Part shown: positions 10,784 through 20,272 of the stretch, one piece after another
Layout: each line of letters begins with the position of its first letter
Position numbering within the stretch: the stretch's first letter is position 1
IMG/VR virus record: IMGVR_UViG_3300018079_000001
Span: 37,822 to 101,821 of that record
From: a virus
DNA: 64,000 nucleotides
Direction: 5' to 3' (one strand)
The notes under the pieces: model-generated
What the model was told of the DNA's origin: nothing
Database searches by the model: none
The model's input: only the letters and a program-made list of their open reading frames with translations
Program-made: the position numbers and the translations under genes

Positions 10784-11254
10784 ATGGTCATCACAGCGCA
10801 AATTCCAAAGGACCGCATCGGACACGGCACGATCACCTGGGAAGGTGGCTTCGGCCGCTGTCGCGGCAAGGCCGACAATCAGAAAGCCTCCGAGCACGGC
10901 AACCCAACCCGTGACCCCCGACGCCCGTGGGGCGATCACCCTGCCGGCCACTATGTCGTGACTGGTGTTCGCACAGTCATCGTCGGACAGGATCACAGTT
11001 ACGGCCCGGTGAAGATCGACATTCAGCCTGCCGATCTGTCGAGTGACGACGAGTGCGCGACGCGCGAGAATGCCGAGGGCGGCGACGATGGTATTTTGAT
11101 TCACGGGGGCGACCCACAAGCTGATGGGGTTTCTCTCCGAGCGACCTACGGCTGCTTGCGTGTCTCGAATGAGACAGCCCGCGCGCTTGCTCTGGTGATC
11201 AAGGCCGCGATGGCAGCCGGCGAGCACGTCGAGTACAACTGCGAGGCAGCCTGA
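10784..11254 (+). CDS. L,D-transpeptidase (YkuD)-like cell-wall enzyme, possible lysin
   Basis: GDHPAGHY and ILIHGG...LRATYGCLRV match the His-x(14-17)-(S/T)xGC catalytic motif. Confidence 0.7.
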   Translation: MVITAQIPKDRIGHGTITWEGGFGRCRGKADNQKASEHGNPTRDPRRPWGDHPAGHYVVTGVRTVIVGQDHSYGPVKIDIQPADLSSDDECATRENAEGGDDGILIHGGDPQADGVSLRATYGCLRVSNETARALALVIKAAMAAGEHVEYNCEAA

Positions 11255-11276
11255 CCACAAAAGCGAAGCAGCCCGT

Positions 11277-11293
11277 TGATCCTACTAAGTAGG
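11277..11293 (+). promoter_or_regulatory. 17-bp element TGATCCTACTAAGTAGG, copy 1 of 11
   Basis: Exact repeat with palindromic core CCTACT-A-AGTAGG, fused to the RBS of the helicase gene. Confidence 0.8.
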
Positions 11294-11304
11294 AGGGCAC
11301 TACC

Positions 11305-12786
11305 CTGGACTCTTCTACTATTGAAGTCGGACCTGTGTGGGCTCGGTTGCGTGGACCTGTCGGACAGGTGAACTACGTCCGCGAGTCTCTGACGCTCGAC
11401 ACGCCCGGTGTCGAGTACATGCGATGGAAGGTCGGTGACGGCAAGACGCGCTTCCTGCGTCGCGGTGATGTTTTTCTGTCTGGCCTCACGTGGCGCGTGG
11501 CGCAGATTCTTGTCGGGGGCGGCTACCCGATGCCCACCGTGAAGTGGCCGCTTGTCATGGAGCGCAAACCGTGGACGCCAACACCGCTCGACACGCGCGG
11601 GTACCAGGAGCCCGCTGTCGTGAAGATGGTGCGAGCGCGTCGTATGGGTGTGCAATCACCAACTGGTTCGGGCAAGACGATGATTGGCGTCGAGGCTGCG
11701 CGTCGCATCGGGCACCGCACGCTGTGGCTCACACACCGAAAGGAACTGTTGGCGCAGACAGCCGACGTATTCCGTGACAGCCTCGGCATCGTGCCAGGTA
11801 TAGTTGGGGCGGGCAAGGATTTCGAAGGCGACGGCCGTCTCGTGATCGCATCGGTGCAGACGCTCGCGCGCATGCTCGATAAGAAGCGTGGGGCTCCTGA
11901 CACAGTAAAGCCGTGGCTCGCTGACTTCGGCTGCGTCATCGGAGACGAAGGGCACCACGCATCGGCGCCGACGTGGCAGGACATCTTCGAAGCATGCACG
12001 AACGCCAACTACCGTTTCGTTCTCTCCGCGACACTCGACACCGGCAATGAAGTGAGCAACTGGAAGATCGAGGGTGCGACCGGACCGACATACATCGTCG
12101 CCGAGACAGCGGACCTGGCAAGGCAAGGCTTCCTCGCCATGCCCCACGTGATCGTTCTTCGAGTGCCCACTGACACTTACCCGTCATACGAAGAGATCAG
12201 GGATGTTGTCTGCCCTGGCTGGCAAGCCAACCCTCGCGCCTTGCGCTCCCTTGGGGCCAGGCTATTCACCGAGACGTACGAACGTGGCATCATGAACAAT
12301 GGAGCCCGCAACAGCATGGTCGTTCTAACGGCTGTTCAGCACGCGACTAGACAGGAAAAAGTTCTCGTGCTATGCTCAAGGGTTCCCCATGCGGCGGCTC
12401 TCATGGACGATGCACGACGCCTGAACCCCTGCCCCGTGTATGTACTCGACGGCGGGTGTAACGACCTGACACGACAGGCGACCCTGAACCTGTTCAAGCG
12501 TGGAGCCGGCGCAATCCTGTTCGCCACACCGTTTTTCCGAGAGGGAGTTGACATACCACAGATCGACGTGGGGGTACTGGCAGGTGGTGGGCTCTCCGAC
12601 GTGGCCGTGACTCAGGGGCTCGGGCGGGTGCTTCGACCACGACCCGACAAGGCTGAGGTTCTCTGGTACGACTTCATGGACGGCGGGGCTCTGACCGACC
12701 GCCCCGAGAAGGACTACCTTCGGGTACACTCCGAGTCGCGCCTGGCACTCTACACAACTTCAGGCTTCAAGGTGGAGACTCGCTAA
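11305..12786 (+). CDS. SF2 DNA helicase (UvsW/ResIII-like)
   Basis: SPTGSGKT Walker A, DEGHH, SAT, EGVDIP and QGLGRVLR motifs; best start is CTG 11305 or GTG 11335. Confidence 0.9.
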   Translation: MDSSTIEVGPVWARLRGPVGQVNYVRESLTLDTPGVEYMRWKVGDGKTRFLRRGDVFLSGLTWRVAQILVGGGYPMPTVKWPLVMERKPWTPTPLDTRGYQEPAVVKMVRARRMGVQSPTGSGKTMIGVEAARRIGHRTLWLTHRKELLAQTADVFRDSLGIVPGIVGAGKDFEGDGRLVIASVQTLARMLDKKRGAPDTVKPWLADFGCVIGDEGHHASAPTWQDIFEACTNANYRFVLSATLDTGNEVSNWKIEGATGPTYIVAETADLARQGFLAMPHVIVLRVPTDTYPSYEEIRDVVCPGWQANPRALRSLGARLFTETYERGIMNNGARNSMVVLTAVQHATRQEKVLVLCSRVPHAAALMDDARRLNPCPVYVLDGGCNDLTRQATLNLFKRGAGAILFATPFFREGVDIPQIDVGVLAGGGLSDVAVTQGLGRVLRPRPDKAEVLWYDFMDGGALTDRPEKDYLRVHSESRLALYTTSGFKVETR

Positions 12787-12799
12787 TGATCGGAAGAGC

Positions 12800-13672
12800 A
12801 TGACCCGCTACTTCTGCAAGGACTGCGGTGCACGTCAGGGAAGCAAGCGCGAGTTGAATGAGCACGTGTGTCGAAAGCGGGTCAGGAATGAGATACCCGA
12901 GGGTCAGGAACTACCGCCAGTTGGGGTCAGGAATTTGACCCAACCACTACAGGAGGGGGTCAGGAACCTGACCCTTGGTGGGTCAGGAATCGGGTCAGGA
13001 AATGAAATCCTGACCCGAGAATTATCTAATGAAGACGATACGTTGTCTAATGGCGCGGGGGTCAGGAATGATGAAAGTCGTTGTCCTCCTCTTCTTGATC
13101 TCTCTAAAGAGAGAGGAACGCACACGGGTCAGGAGTGGTGTGCGATCTCTGATCCTGAGCCGATCAAAAGTGCCCACGCCCGAGAGCAGGAAGCCATCGC
13201 ATACGTCTCGTCTCGGACGGAGTACCTGACAGCGTGGGAGAGATCATTCTTTATTGGGGTTCAATTCACAAACCAGACTCTATCGAGCAAGCAGAAGTTG
13301 ACCCTGTTCGAGATCGAAGCCAAGATCAAGAGTCATGAGCATGGACTCGAAGAGTGGCGTGAGGCTGACGCACGGGCTCAGCACCCTCTGAAGAAGCTAC
13401 AGCCCGATCACCCGAAGGCTGACTGCAAGTATTGCCAGGCCGAGGCTGAATCAGCCGTTCAGGCCAAAGCCGATTTCGAGGAAGACATGGCCGAGTTGCT
13501 TGTGCTCGGGGAAGAGATCAAGGTCCGTCGTGCCCGTGAGGCCCTACAAGCCTCTAGGACGCGTCCAGGACACCGACCCGCTGGTAGGACCCTCCTGGAC
13601 TCCTCAAAGCGGCGCATTACCCCCAATCCGCCCCGATTTGCCCCCAAGGAAGAGGGACCCGCCAATGCCTGA
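12800..13672 (+). CDS. putative replication initiator / origin-containing protein with N-terminal zinc finger
   Basis: CKDC...H.C at N-terminus; internal DNA repeats; directly upstream of dnaB. Confidence 0.5.
   Translation: MTRYFCKDCGARQGSKRELNEHVCRKRVRNEIPEGQELPPVGVRNLTQPLQEGVRNLTLGGSGIGSGNEILTRELSNEDDTLSNGAGVRNDESRCPPLLDLSKERGTHTGQEWCAISDPEPIKSAHAREQEAIAYVSSRTEYLTAWERSFFIGVQFTNQTLSSKQKLTLFEIEAKIKSHEHGLEEWREADARAQHPLKKLQPDHPKADCKYCQAEAESAVQAKADFEEDMAELLVLGEEIKVRRAREALQASRTRPGHRPAGRTLLDSSKRRITPNPPRFAPKEEGPANA
12879..13135 (+). repeat. iteron-like array, 8 x GGGTCAGGA(A/G) plus 3 inverted TGACCC copies; candidate origin
   Basis: Copies at 12879, 12901, 12924, 12957, 12980, 12992, 13059 and 13126, read in different codon frames. 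Confidence 0.75.
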
Positions 13673-15044
13673 TCGACAGTTCACGGACGGAATCGCCCGG
13701 CTGGTCCTGGTCGCAGCGGTCTATGGCGACCTGTTGACTGCCCTGCCAGGAGCCTTCGCCCCGGACCTGTTCGGGGAGTCGAGTGCCCGCCAGAGGATCG
13801 CGGAAGCCGTCGCGCGGTACGCTGAGCAGTACCCTGGCACCCGGCCGGCGCCGGAGTTCATCGACGACCTGATCAGTAAGGATATGGCGAACCGGAGCGA
13901 AGCCGAGCAGGATGCCGTCGCTGACGAGTGGGGCTTTGTCCAGGCGGCAGACCTGCCCGAAGACACGGGCTACCTGTATCAGCAAGTCAGGGAGTGGATC
14001 GAGTTTAGGCGGACCCGAGACGCTCTTATAGCCGCCCGGGAAGTGATGGACAAGGACGGTGGGCTCGAAGAAGCCCGGGAGATTCTAGCGAAGGTCGAGC
14101 CGCTGAAGCCGCGTATCGAGATCAAGCAGGAGATTTTCTGGCTCCGCGACGCCGAGGAACGGCTGACCCTGTGGCGCGAGGGTATCACGATGGGGGAGCG
14201 CATCCCGACCCGAATGTCAGCGTTCGATGCAGCGGTGAGCGGTGGACCGACGAAGAAAGAGGCGTGGTATTTCCTGGCCCCGCCGAAGGGGGGCAAGACG
14301 ACGTTCCTGCTGAACGTCGCACGCGGTGCTGCGCGTGGTGGTTACGGGGTGTACTACAACACGTTCGAGATGCAGGGCATGCGCACCGCGCTCCGCTTCG
14401 ATCAGATGATGGCGAAGTCAAGACGCGAAGAATTGGCAGGCAAGGATGGTGAGATTGGGAACATCGCCCCCCTCGAAGCGGCGATCAAGGGCATGACGGC
14501 AATCGGGAGCGGAGAGATCGTGTTCACTCGCCGCGCAACGCAGGCGAAGAGCAGCGTGCGGCAGACGGCGCAGGACATCAAGCGGCTACGGAACGATGGC
14601 GTGCAAATCGACGTGGTCGTCTTCGACTATCTGAACATCATGGGTGGCTCGAAGAACGAGTCGGAGCTACGACGCGAGTTGTTCGGCATCTCGTATGAGA
14701 TCGCGGACCTGGCGCAAGAACTGGACGTGCTTGTGTGGTCGGCGGCCCTCGTGACCCGGCAAGCCGTGGACAAGTATCCTATCCGCAAGACAGACATCGC
14801 CGAGGCGTTCGGTGTGATCGCAGCACTCGATGGTGCCGTCGCCATTTGCTCCCCGCCTATCCTCGTGGCGAACAACTTCCGCCGACTGTACATCGCAGCA
14901 GCGCGTGAAGAGCGTGACGAAGTGATGGCGGGTGACTATCTGGTCGAGTTCGATCGAATGCGTATTCGACCCGCCGACTCGCAGCGCGTGGATCAGCTAC
15001 TCGAATCGACACGCAAGCGGAAGAACGGGGAGGAAACGGAATGA
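13665..15044 (+). CDS. dnaB: replicative DnaB-like helicase
   Basis: APPKGGKTT Walker A, FEM, VVFDYLNI, and KTDIAEAFG..AALD motifs. Confidence 0.9.
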   Translation: MPDRQFTDGIARLVLVAAVYGDLLTALPGAFAPDLFGESSARQRIAEAVARYAEQYPGTRPAPEFIDDLISKDMANRSEAEQDAVADEWGFVQAADLPEDTGYLYQQVREWIEFRRTRDALIAAREVMDKDGGLEEAREILAKVEPLKPRIEIKQEIFWLRDAEERLTLWREGITMGERIPTRMSAFDAAVSGGPTKKEAWYFLAPPKGGKTTFLLNVARGAARGGYGVYYNTFEMQGMRTALRFDQMMAKSRREELAGKDGEIGNIAPLEAAIKGMTAIGSGEIVFTRRATQAKSSVRQTAQDIKRLRNDGVQIDVVVFDYLNIMGGSKNESELRRELFGISYEIADLAQELDVLVWSAALVTRQAVDKYPIRKTDIAEAFGVIAALDGAVAICSPPILVANNFRRLYIAAAREERDEVMAGDYLVEFDRMRIRPADSQRVDQLLESTRKRKNGEETE

Positions 15045-16060
15045 CCGACGACCGCCGACGTATCGACCTGGATAAGTGGCTTCGCACTCGCGTCAAGATT
15101 TTGAATGATTCTGGTGGGCGCGGCTTCGACACAGGAGTGCGCACGTACAATTGCCCGCTGTGCCGTGACACGAAAGGACGCGGCTGGTCGAACGTCGCGT
15201 ACTGGACGACGGGCTGTTTCAACATCGGATGCGTGGCGTGCGAGCGGCTGGAGGGTGGCGCCCTGGAATTGGCGCGACGGCTCGAAGGCATCCGTATGCG
15301 CGCCGACACGTTCATCTTGCTCAAGAACAAATTCGGTGTCGCGCGCCCGATCGAGTACAAGCCGCTCCCGCGACAGGGTGACGATTTCGTGCGCTGGCCC
15401 GAAGGCATGAAGCCGCTGGCCGGCCCTGCTGATCCGTGGCGACGAACCTATCTGAAGTTTATCGAGAAGCAGTGGGGTATCAGTGAGGCTGACGCGGAGA
15501 CGTGGGGCCTGGGCTACTGCCTGACGGGTTACTACGCGAACCGCGTCATCATCCCGATTGTGATGGACGGCGAGCCCGTCGCATTTCAGGCGCGGGCAAT
15601 TGTGGACGTGAAGCCAAAGCCAAAGTACCTCACGAGCCGGCACGGCGCACAGGACGACCCGAAAGCTGAGTGCTTCAGGAGCGCGAGCGCAATCCTGTTC
15701 AACTACGATCGCGTGAACGAAGGCGATGAAGTCCTGCTAGTCGAGGGGGTGGGCGACGTGATGGGCTGGCATCGGGGCAAGCCTGATCGTAAGCCCGTGG
15801 CCGTCGCGATGCTCGGTATCAGCCTGACTCCCGAGAAGCTGAGCCTGCTCGCGGCGAAAAGCCCGAGCCGCATCATTCTCGCGGTGGACGCCGAGCCTGC
15901 CGCGCAGAAGCAAGCTGACGAGATGTTCTCGACGCTTCTCGATAATGACTTGCCCGTGGTGCTCGCGACCTGGCAGGGCGGGAAAGACGCGGGCTCAGGT
16001 GCCCTGCCAGTCGAGCGCGCGGCAACACTTCGAGACGCGGACTTGAACCGACTGCGGTAG
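15041..16060 (+). CDS. DNA primase (Zn-binding + TOPRIM)
   Basis: CPLC...CFNIGC zinc domain, RVIIP, VEGVGD, DAE TOPRIM and GKD motifs. Confidence 0.9.
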   Translation: MTDDRRRIDLDKWLRTRVKILNDSGGRGFDTGVRTYNCPLCRDTKGRGWSNVAYWTTGCFNIGCVACERLEGGALELARRLEGIRMRADTFILLKNKFGVARPIEYKPLPRQGDDFVRWPEGMKPLAGPADPWRRTYLKFIEKQWGISEADAETWGLGYCLTGYYANRVIIPIVMDGEPVAFQARAIVDVKPKPKYLTSRHGAQDDPKAECFRSASAILFNYDRVNEGDEVLLVEGVGDVMGWHRGKPDRKPVAVAMLGISLTPEKLSLLAAKSPSRIILAVDAEPAAQKQADEMFSTLLDNDLPVVLATWQGGKDAGSGALPVERAATLRDADLNRLR

Positions 16061-16112
16061 AAGTGCCTGTTAAATAAGCGAAATCCCCTTCCGGAAACCC
16101 TAAAGATTTTTC

Positions 16113-16140
16113 TTGTTCCCCGCCCCCACTATGCTATTAT
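16113..16140 (+). promoter_or_regulatory. sigma70-type early promoter (TTGTTC-16-TATTAT, extended -10 TG, AT-rich upstream)
   Basis: AT-rich island in a GC-rich genome, at the head of the small-ORF region. Confidence 0.65.
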
Positions 16141-16146
16141 GAGTGT

Positions 16147-16390
16147 GTAGTCAGAGCAGCAAGACGCCAAGTAGGTGGCAGAGGCGATCGAAAGTACGAA
16201 GCAAGCCACCGAGTAGCGTAGAGCGCAGAGGGCGCGGCACAGATCCCCTCAGACGCGGCTCTGGCTAAAGTCACGCGGCCAACCTCTAGGGCACCGGGCG
16301 TGACAGCGCATGCCGCCACGAGATGCGCAACCGGGGGCGATAACAGGGACCCAAACCCTGCTAACCGCGAGGGGTCTTAACCCGGACGAT
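16147..16390 (+). ncRNA. structured 5' leader RNA, unknown class
   Basis: No + ORF; nested stems TAGTCAGAGC/GCTCTGGCTA, GGTGGC/GCCACC, GTCACGC/GCGTGAC, GCGCAT/ATGCGC, CCGGG/CCCGG. Confidence 0.45.
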
Positions 16391-16422
16391 CTAACAAAAT
16401 TGAAATTAAGGGGGAGCAACCC

Positions 16423-16668
16423 ATGAGATGCGACGATGGCAAAGCAACGGCGATCAAAGACACGTTCGTGGTCGAAGGCAAGCGGGACGAGCGCGGCGAG
16501 AGTTTCATCTCTATCGCAATCGACCCGGCTGATCCTTACGGTTCGTTCAAGCGTCTGCCTGCGGGCGTAGAGTTTGAGGGCAAGACGTACGGCAAGACAG
16601 GCTACGACAGCGACAAGAACCTGGCCTACTACGCGACGAGCGCCCCAATAGCGCGCGGGAGAAAGTAA
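16423..16668 (+). CDS. early hypothetical protein
   Basis: Strong GGGGGAG RBS; first ORF after the promoter. Confidence 0.65.
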   Translation: MRCDDGKATAIKDTFVVEGKRDERGESFISIAIDPADPYGSFKRLPAGVEFEGKTYGKTGYDSDKNLAYYATSAPIARGRK

Positions 16669-16895
16669 TGCTGATCAACGGGAACGACCTGAACCAAACG
16701 CAGCGAGCGCAGGTGCTTGCCGTATTCATCTATCGGCACCACGCAATCGGCGCGGGCCTGTACTACGCCACTGAGCGGGCGTGGCTGACCGACCATGCGT
16801 TTCACTTCATTAAGAGTGGTGCGCGCCTGGCGTTGAATAAGCGGTATGCCGAGTGCCCGACGACAACCGCCGCATCGCGGCGAAAGGGGAACTGA
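16668..16895 (+). CDS. early hypothetical protein
   Basis: TAATG coupling. Confidence 0.6.
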   Translation: MLINGNDLNQTQRAQVLAVFIYRHHAIGAGLYYATERAWLTDHAFHFIKSGARLALNKRYAECPTTTAASRRKGN

Positions 16896-16896
16896 C

Positions 16897-17151
16897 ATGG
16901 ACAACATGCACCCGGTGGTGATGATCAAAACAAGGGGAAATGACATGGACAATATGCTCACGGTCGAAGAGGTTGGTCTGATCATGCAGGGTAAGCCGAT
17001 CCTGGCGATCAAGTCTGTGCGCACCAGGCTCGCCCTGGACCTTCGTGACGCGAAATACCTGGTCGATTCGTACGCAATCGCGATGGGCAAGCGGGTCGAA
17101 GACGTTTGCCACTATTGCGGCGGCGCAGGCAAGGTCGGTCGTTACATCTGA
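16897..17151 (+). CDS. ribosomal protein L7/L12 C-terminal-like protein
   Basis: PILAIKSVRTRLALDLRDAKYLVD matches the bL12-CTD K..AIK.VR....L.EAK..V motif; alternative start 16945. Confidence 0.6.
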   Translation: MDNMHPVVMIKTRGNDMDNMLTVEEVGLIMQGKPILAIKSVRTRLALDLRDAKYLVDSYAIAMGKRVEDVCHYCGGAGKVGRYI

Positions 17152-17311
17152 TGCGAGTGAACATCAAGGCGATCCTGGCCGACCCGGCGAAGCGGCGTGA
17201 GTTGATGGTCAGAGCGATCATCTCGACGCAGGCGGTAGAGGGCATCGTCACAACGCGAGAGCAAGCCGAGCACGCGTACGATACGGTGCAGGCTGAGAGA
17301 AAGGCAAAACG

Positions 17312-17569
17312 ATGAACTGCCCAACAGTCGGTTGTCCTAAAACGCTTCCTTATGGGGAGCCCGGTCACACGATATGCTGGACTCCAGTGCTCGACGTAGA
17401 GGCAACCTACGCGGTTGTGCCGTGCCCTGACTACGGCAGACCGTTTGCGGTAGTGGACCTGAATCGCGACCTGGTCATCAGCAAGCACAGTGATCAGTTG
17501 ACCGCGATTCGAGCAGCGAACATCCTTAACAGGAAGGGGAACCTACTCTTCCCCGAGAGAGGAATCTAA
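17312..17569 (+). CDS. hypothetical protein
   Basis: ATGA-coupled ORF. Confidence 0.5.
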   Translation: MNCPTVGCPKTLPYGEPGHTICWTPVLDVEATYAVVPCPDYGRPFAVVDLNRDLVISKHSDQLTAIRAANILNRKGNLLFPERGI

Positions 17570-17572
17570 CCC

Positions 17573-17866
17573 ATGCACTCACTCGAAACGATCATTGCCC
17601 GCAACGCCAAAGCGGCTGGACGCGAGGGCGCCCACGCTGACAGCGACGGCGACGACAGGTTAGCGTCGGCGATTCATGCCGCCGCGACCGAGCACGGCGC
17701 GTCCGCGTTCTGCGGCGTGTGCGTGTATCCTATGATTGACCACGCGGGAGCCGACCACGATTTTGTGGTTGTCGCCCACGACCCAACAGTAGACAAGCCG
17801 GACCTGAATGACGAGAGCTACCCTTGGTTCGCCACTGGCTACCTCGACGGTCGCAAAGACGGCTGA
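17573..17866 (+). CDS. hypothetical protein
   Basis: GAGGA RBS, 97 aa. Confidence 0.55.
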   Translation: MHSLETIIARNAKAAGREGAHADSDGDDRLASAIHAAATEHGASAFCGVCVYPMIDHAGADHDFVVVAHDPTVDKPDLNDESYPWFATGYLDGRKDG

Positions 17867-18110
17867 GCCGAGCGAGCAGTGAACCTTAAACGAGCGGACG
17901 GTCAAAGGCGAGTAAGTGCTGGCTCGCCCCGCTCACAAAGGAAACAACAATGCCACGTATCGCGTACGCGAACATTCTCAGAGAGTGCCAGTGCGGTGCC
18001 CCCGCCACGGCGGGTCGCTACTGCCACGAGTGCAGAGACAACGTGAGAGAGCAGGACACCTACAACGGCCGCGTGGTTGCCACGCTGGTCGAGCAAGGTG
18101 GAGGGCAAGC

Positions 18111-18386
18111 GTGAGCAAACATGTTCAGGATGTGATGGACGCATTGAAGCTAGCGCTCGAAGCCAAGCCGTTTCCAGACAGCGCGGCGTTGTCTGCTGAG
18201 CGGACGTTAGAAGCCAGGTGGTGTGGTCGCTGGCGGCTGGTGCAGGCGGGCATCACGTTCAAGGTTACAGCGGTGCGCACTGGCAATGTGCACTGTCACT
18301 CGCGTGTCGGTGGACCGGCGACGATCAAGGTTGCTGACATGGAGTTTCTGACAGCGAGCGGCGAGTTGCAGTTCATCGGGAAATAA
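18111..18386 (+). CDS. hypothetical protein
   Basis: GGAGGG RBS and GTG start coupled to a small Zn-finger ORF (17950-18114). Confidence 0.5.
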   Translation: MSKHVQDVMDALKLALEAKPFPDSAALSAERTLEARWCGRWRLVQAGITFKVTAVRTGNVHCHSRVGGPATIKVADMEFLTASGELQFIGK

Positions 18387-18400
18387 CCCTAGTAGGCTGT

Positions 18401-18417
18401 TGATCCTACTAAGTAGC
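18401..18417 (+). promoter_or_regulatory. 17-bp element copy 2 (last base C)
   Basis: TGATCCTACTAAGTAGC followed by GGGAGGG RBS. Confidence 0.8.
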
Positions 18418-18427
18418 GGGAGGGACT

Positions 18428-18634
18428 ATGGCTGAACTGAAGCATTGCGAGAAGTGCCGCATGAGCACCGCGCACGTTGACGGTGCCTGTCAGCGTTGTG
18501 TCTTCCAAAAGACAAAGGGCAAGAAAAAGCCGATGTCGGCTGAGGCAAAGTCGAAGCTGAAAGCATTGCGGGAGTGGCGCGCGGGGAAGCGTGACACGGA
18601 CCCGAGACTTGAACCCAACAACGGAGGGAGCTAG
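18428..18634 (+). CDS. small Zn-ribbon protein
   Basis: CEKC...H...CQRC. Confidence 0.55.
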   Translation: MAELKHCEKCRMSTAHVDGACQRCVFQKTKGKKKPMSAEAKSKLKALREWRAGKRDTDPRLEPNNGGS

Positions 18635-18637
18635 ACC

Positions 18638-20272
18638 ATGGAACTGCTGAAAGCATTCAAGGCCGCCCGCGTGGCGGCGGTGCCGATTGTCGCCGTGTCG
18701 TGCTTCGACCCGGCCGACGTGATCAAGAAGATTCGCGCGTCGAACGAAGAGGGCGCGAAGACGCCGATCCCGCTTGTGCAGTGGGATGCAATGGACGGAA
18801 TGAAGGGCCTGAACACGGCGGGCAAGGCGGCGGTAGCTGCCGTGCTGAAGGGTGACGAGAAAGACTGGCCGGGCATGACGAGCAACCCAGGTGCCGCGCT
18901 CGGGTTCATGAGCGAGCTACCCGGCGAGCAACGCGAGGGCGGTCGGCCGGACGGTGCCATTCAAATGCGCGGTACGATCGTGTTCGCCCTGAACCTGCAC
19001 AACTACTTCGAGGATCGGCCGAGCAAGGAAAACGCGCCGATCGTGCAGGGCGTGTGGAATCTGCGGGACCGGTTCAAGGCCAACCGGCGCACGCTCGTGG
19101 TGCTCGGGCCTGGCTTCAAATTTCCGGCTGAGATCGCGAATGACGTGATCAGCCTGGACGTGCCGATGCCGACCGACGAGGAACTGACCGCGATCATCGC
19201 CAAGGAAGTTTCGGGTGTCGCGGGCCTCGCTGCGCTGGACGAGAAGACGATGCAGTCCGCCGTTGATGCGGTGCGCGGGCTGCCGAGCGCGTTCACGGTC
19301 GAGCAGGTATCGCGGATGTCCATGACGAAAGAGGGCATCGCGATCGACGAGTTGTGGGAGCGGAAGATCAGTACGATGGAGATGACTTCGGGCCTGAGCG
19401 TGGACCGGGGAACCGAGACGTTCGATGATGCAGGCGGGCTGGACCAGTTTAAGACGTTCGGTCTGCGGCTGGTCAAGAGCGAGAAGTCGCCGCTTCTGTA
19501 CGTGCGCATTGACGAGATCGAGAAGTTTCTCGGTGGACTCGGTGGTGGCGGTAACGCGGGCGACAACACGGGCGTGTCTCAGGATGCGCTCGGGGTGTTC
19601 CTGCGCGAGATGGAAGACAACGGCTGGAATGGCCTGATCGCACTCGGCCATGCCGGCGCGGGAAAGTCGCTGATCACGAAGGGCCTCGCGAATACCGCCT
19701 CGAAGCTGACCGGGCGGCGGGTCCTGAGTGTGGCTCTGGACCTGGGTGCGACGAAGAACAGCCTGCTCGGTAAGAGTGAAGAGAGGTTGCGCACTCTATT
19801 CAAGGTGCTCAAGGCGGTCGGGGGTAAGCGCGTGTGCTTCATCGCCACGTGTAACGACCTGGACGTGATGCCGCCTGCTCTGCGTCGGCGGTTCAAACTC
19901 GGTATGTGGATGTTCGACTTGCCGACCCGCCCGCAGAAAGACGCAATCTGGAAGATCAACCTGACGAAGTTTGGTCTGAAGAAGCCGGCACGGCTGCCGG
20001 ACGATACGGACTGGACTGGCGCAGACATTCGTAACGTGTGTGAGCAGGCCGATCTGCTTGGTTGCTCGCTGGACGAGGCGTGCAACTACGTCGTATTCGT
20101 CGCGAAGAACGACCCGGACAGCATCTCGCGTCTTCGGGCCAAGGCGGACGGGAAGTACCTGGACGCCAACCGGCCTGGTGTGTATCGGGCCGCGCGACAG
20201 GAAGAGCTAGTGCCGAGCCTGGACGCTCCAACGCAGGGGCGAGCCAAGGTGAGCACGGACGAGGAAGTCTAA
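18638..20272 (+). CDS. AAA+ ATPase (Ycf46-like), C-terminal DEEV tag
   Basis: IDEIEK Walker B-like, GHAGAGKS Walker A, ATCN, PPALRRRF and WTGADI motifs. Confidence 0.85.
   Translation: MELLKAFKAARVAAVPIVAVSCFDPADVIKKIRASNEEGAKTPIPLVQWDAMDGMKGLNTAGKAAVAAVLKGDEKDWPGMTSNPGAALGFMSELPGEQREGGRPDGAIQMRGTIVFALNLHNYFEDRPSKENAPIVQGVWNLRDRFKANRRTLVVLGPGFKFPAEIANDVISLDVPMPTDEELTAIIAKEVSGVAGLAALDEKTMQSAVDAVRGLPSAFTVEQVSRMSMTKEGIAIDELWERKISTMEMTSGLSVDRGTETFDDAGGLDQFKTFGLRLVKSEKSPLLYVRIDEIEKFLGGLGGGGNAGDNTGVSQDALGVFLREMEDNGWNGLIALGHAGAGKSLITKGLANTASKLTGRRVLSVALDLGATKNSLLGKSEERLRTLFKVLKAVGGKRVCFIATCNDLDVMPPALRRRFKLGMWMFDLPTRPQKDAIWKINLTKFGLKKPARLPDDTDWTGADIRNVCEQADLLGCSLDEACNYVVFVAKNDPDSISRLRAKADGKYLDANRPGVYRAARQEELVPSLDAPTQGRAKVSTDEEV

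Noticed and set aside
17861-17866. Third GGC-TGA read-through
   Set aside because: Followed by a regulatory motif, a hairpin and a new RBS; no protein-like continuation
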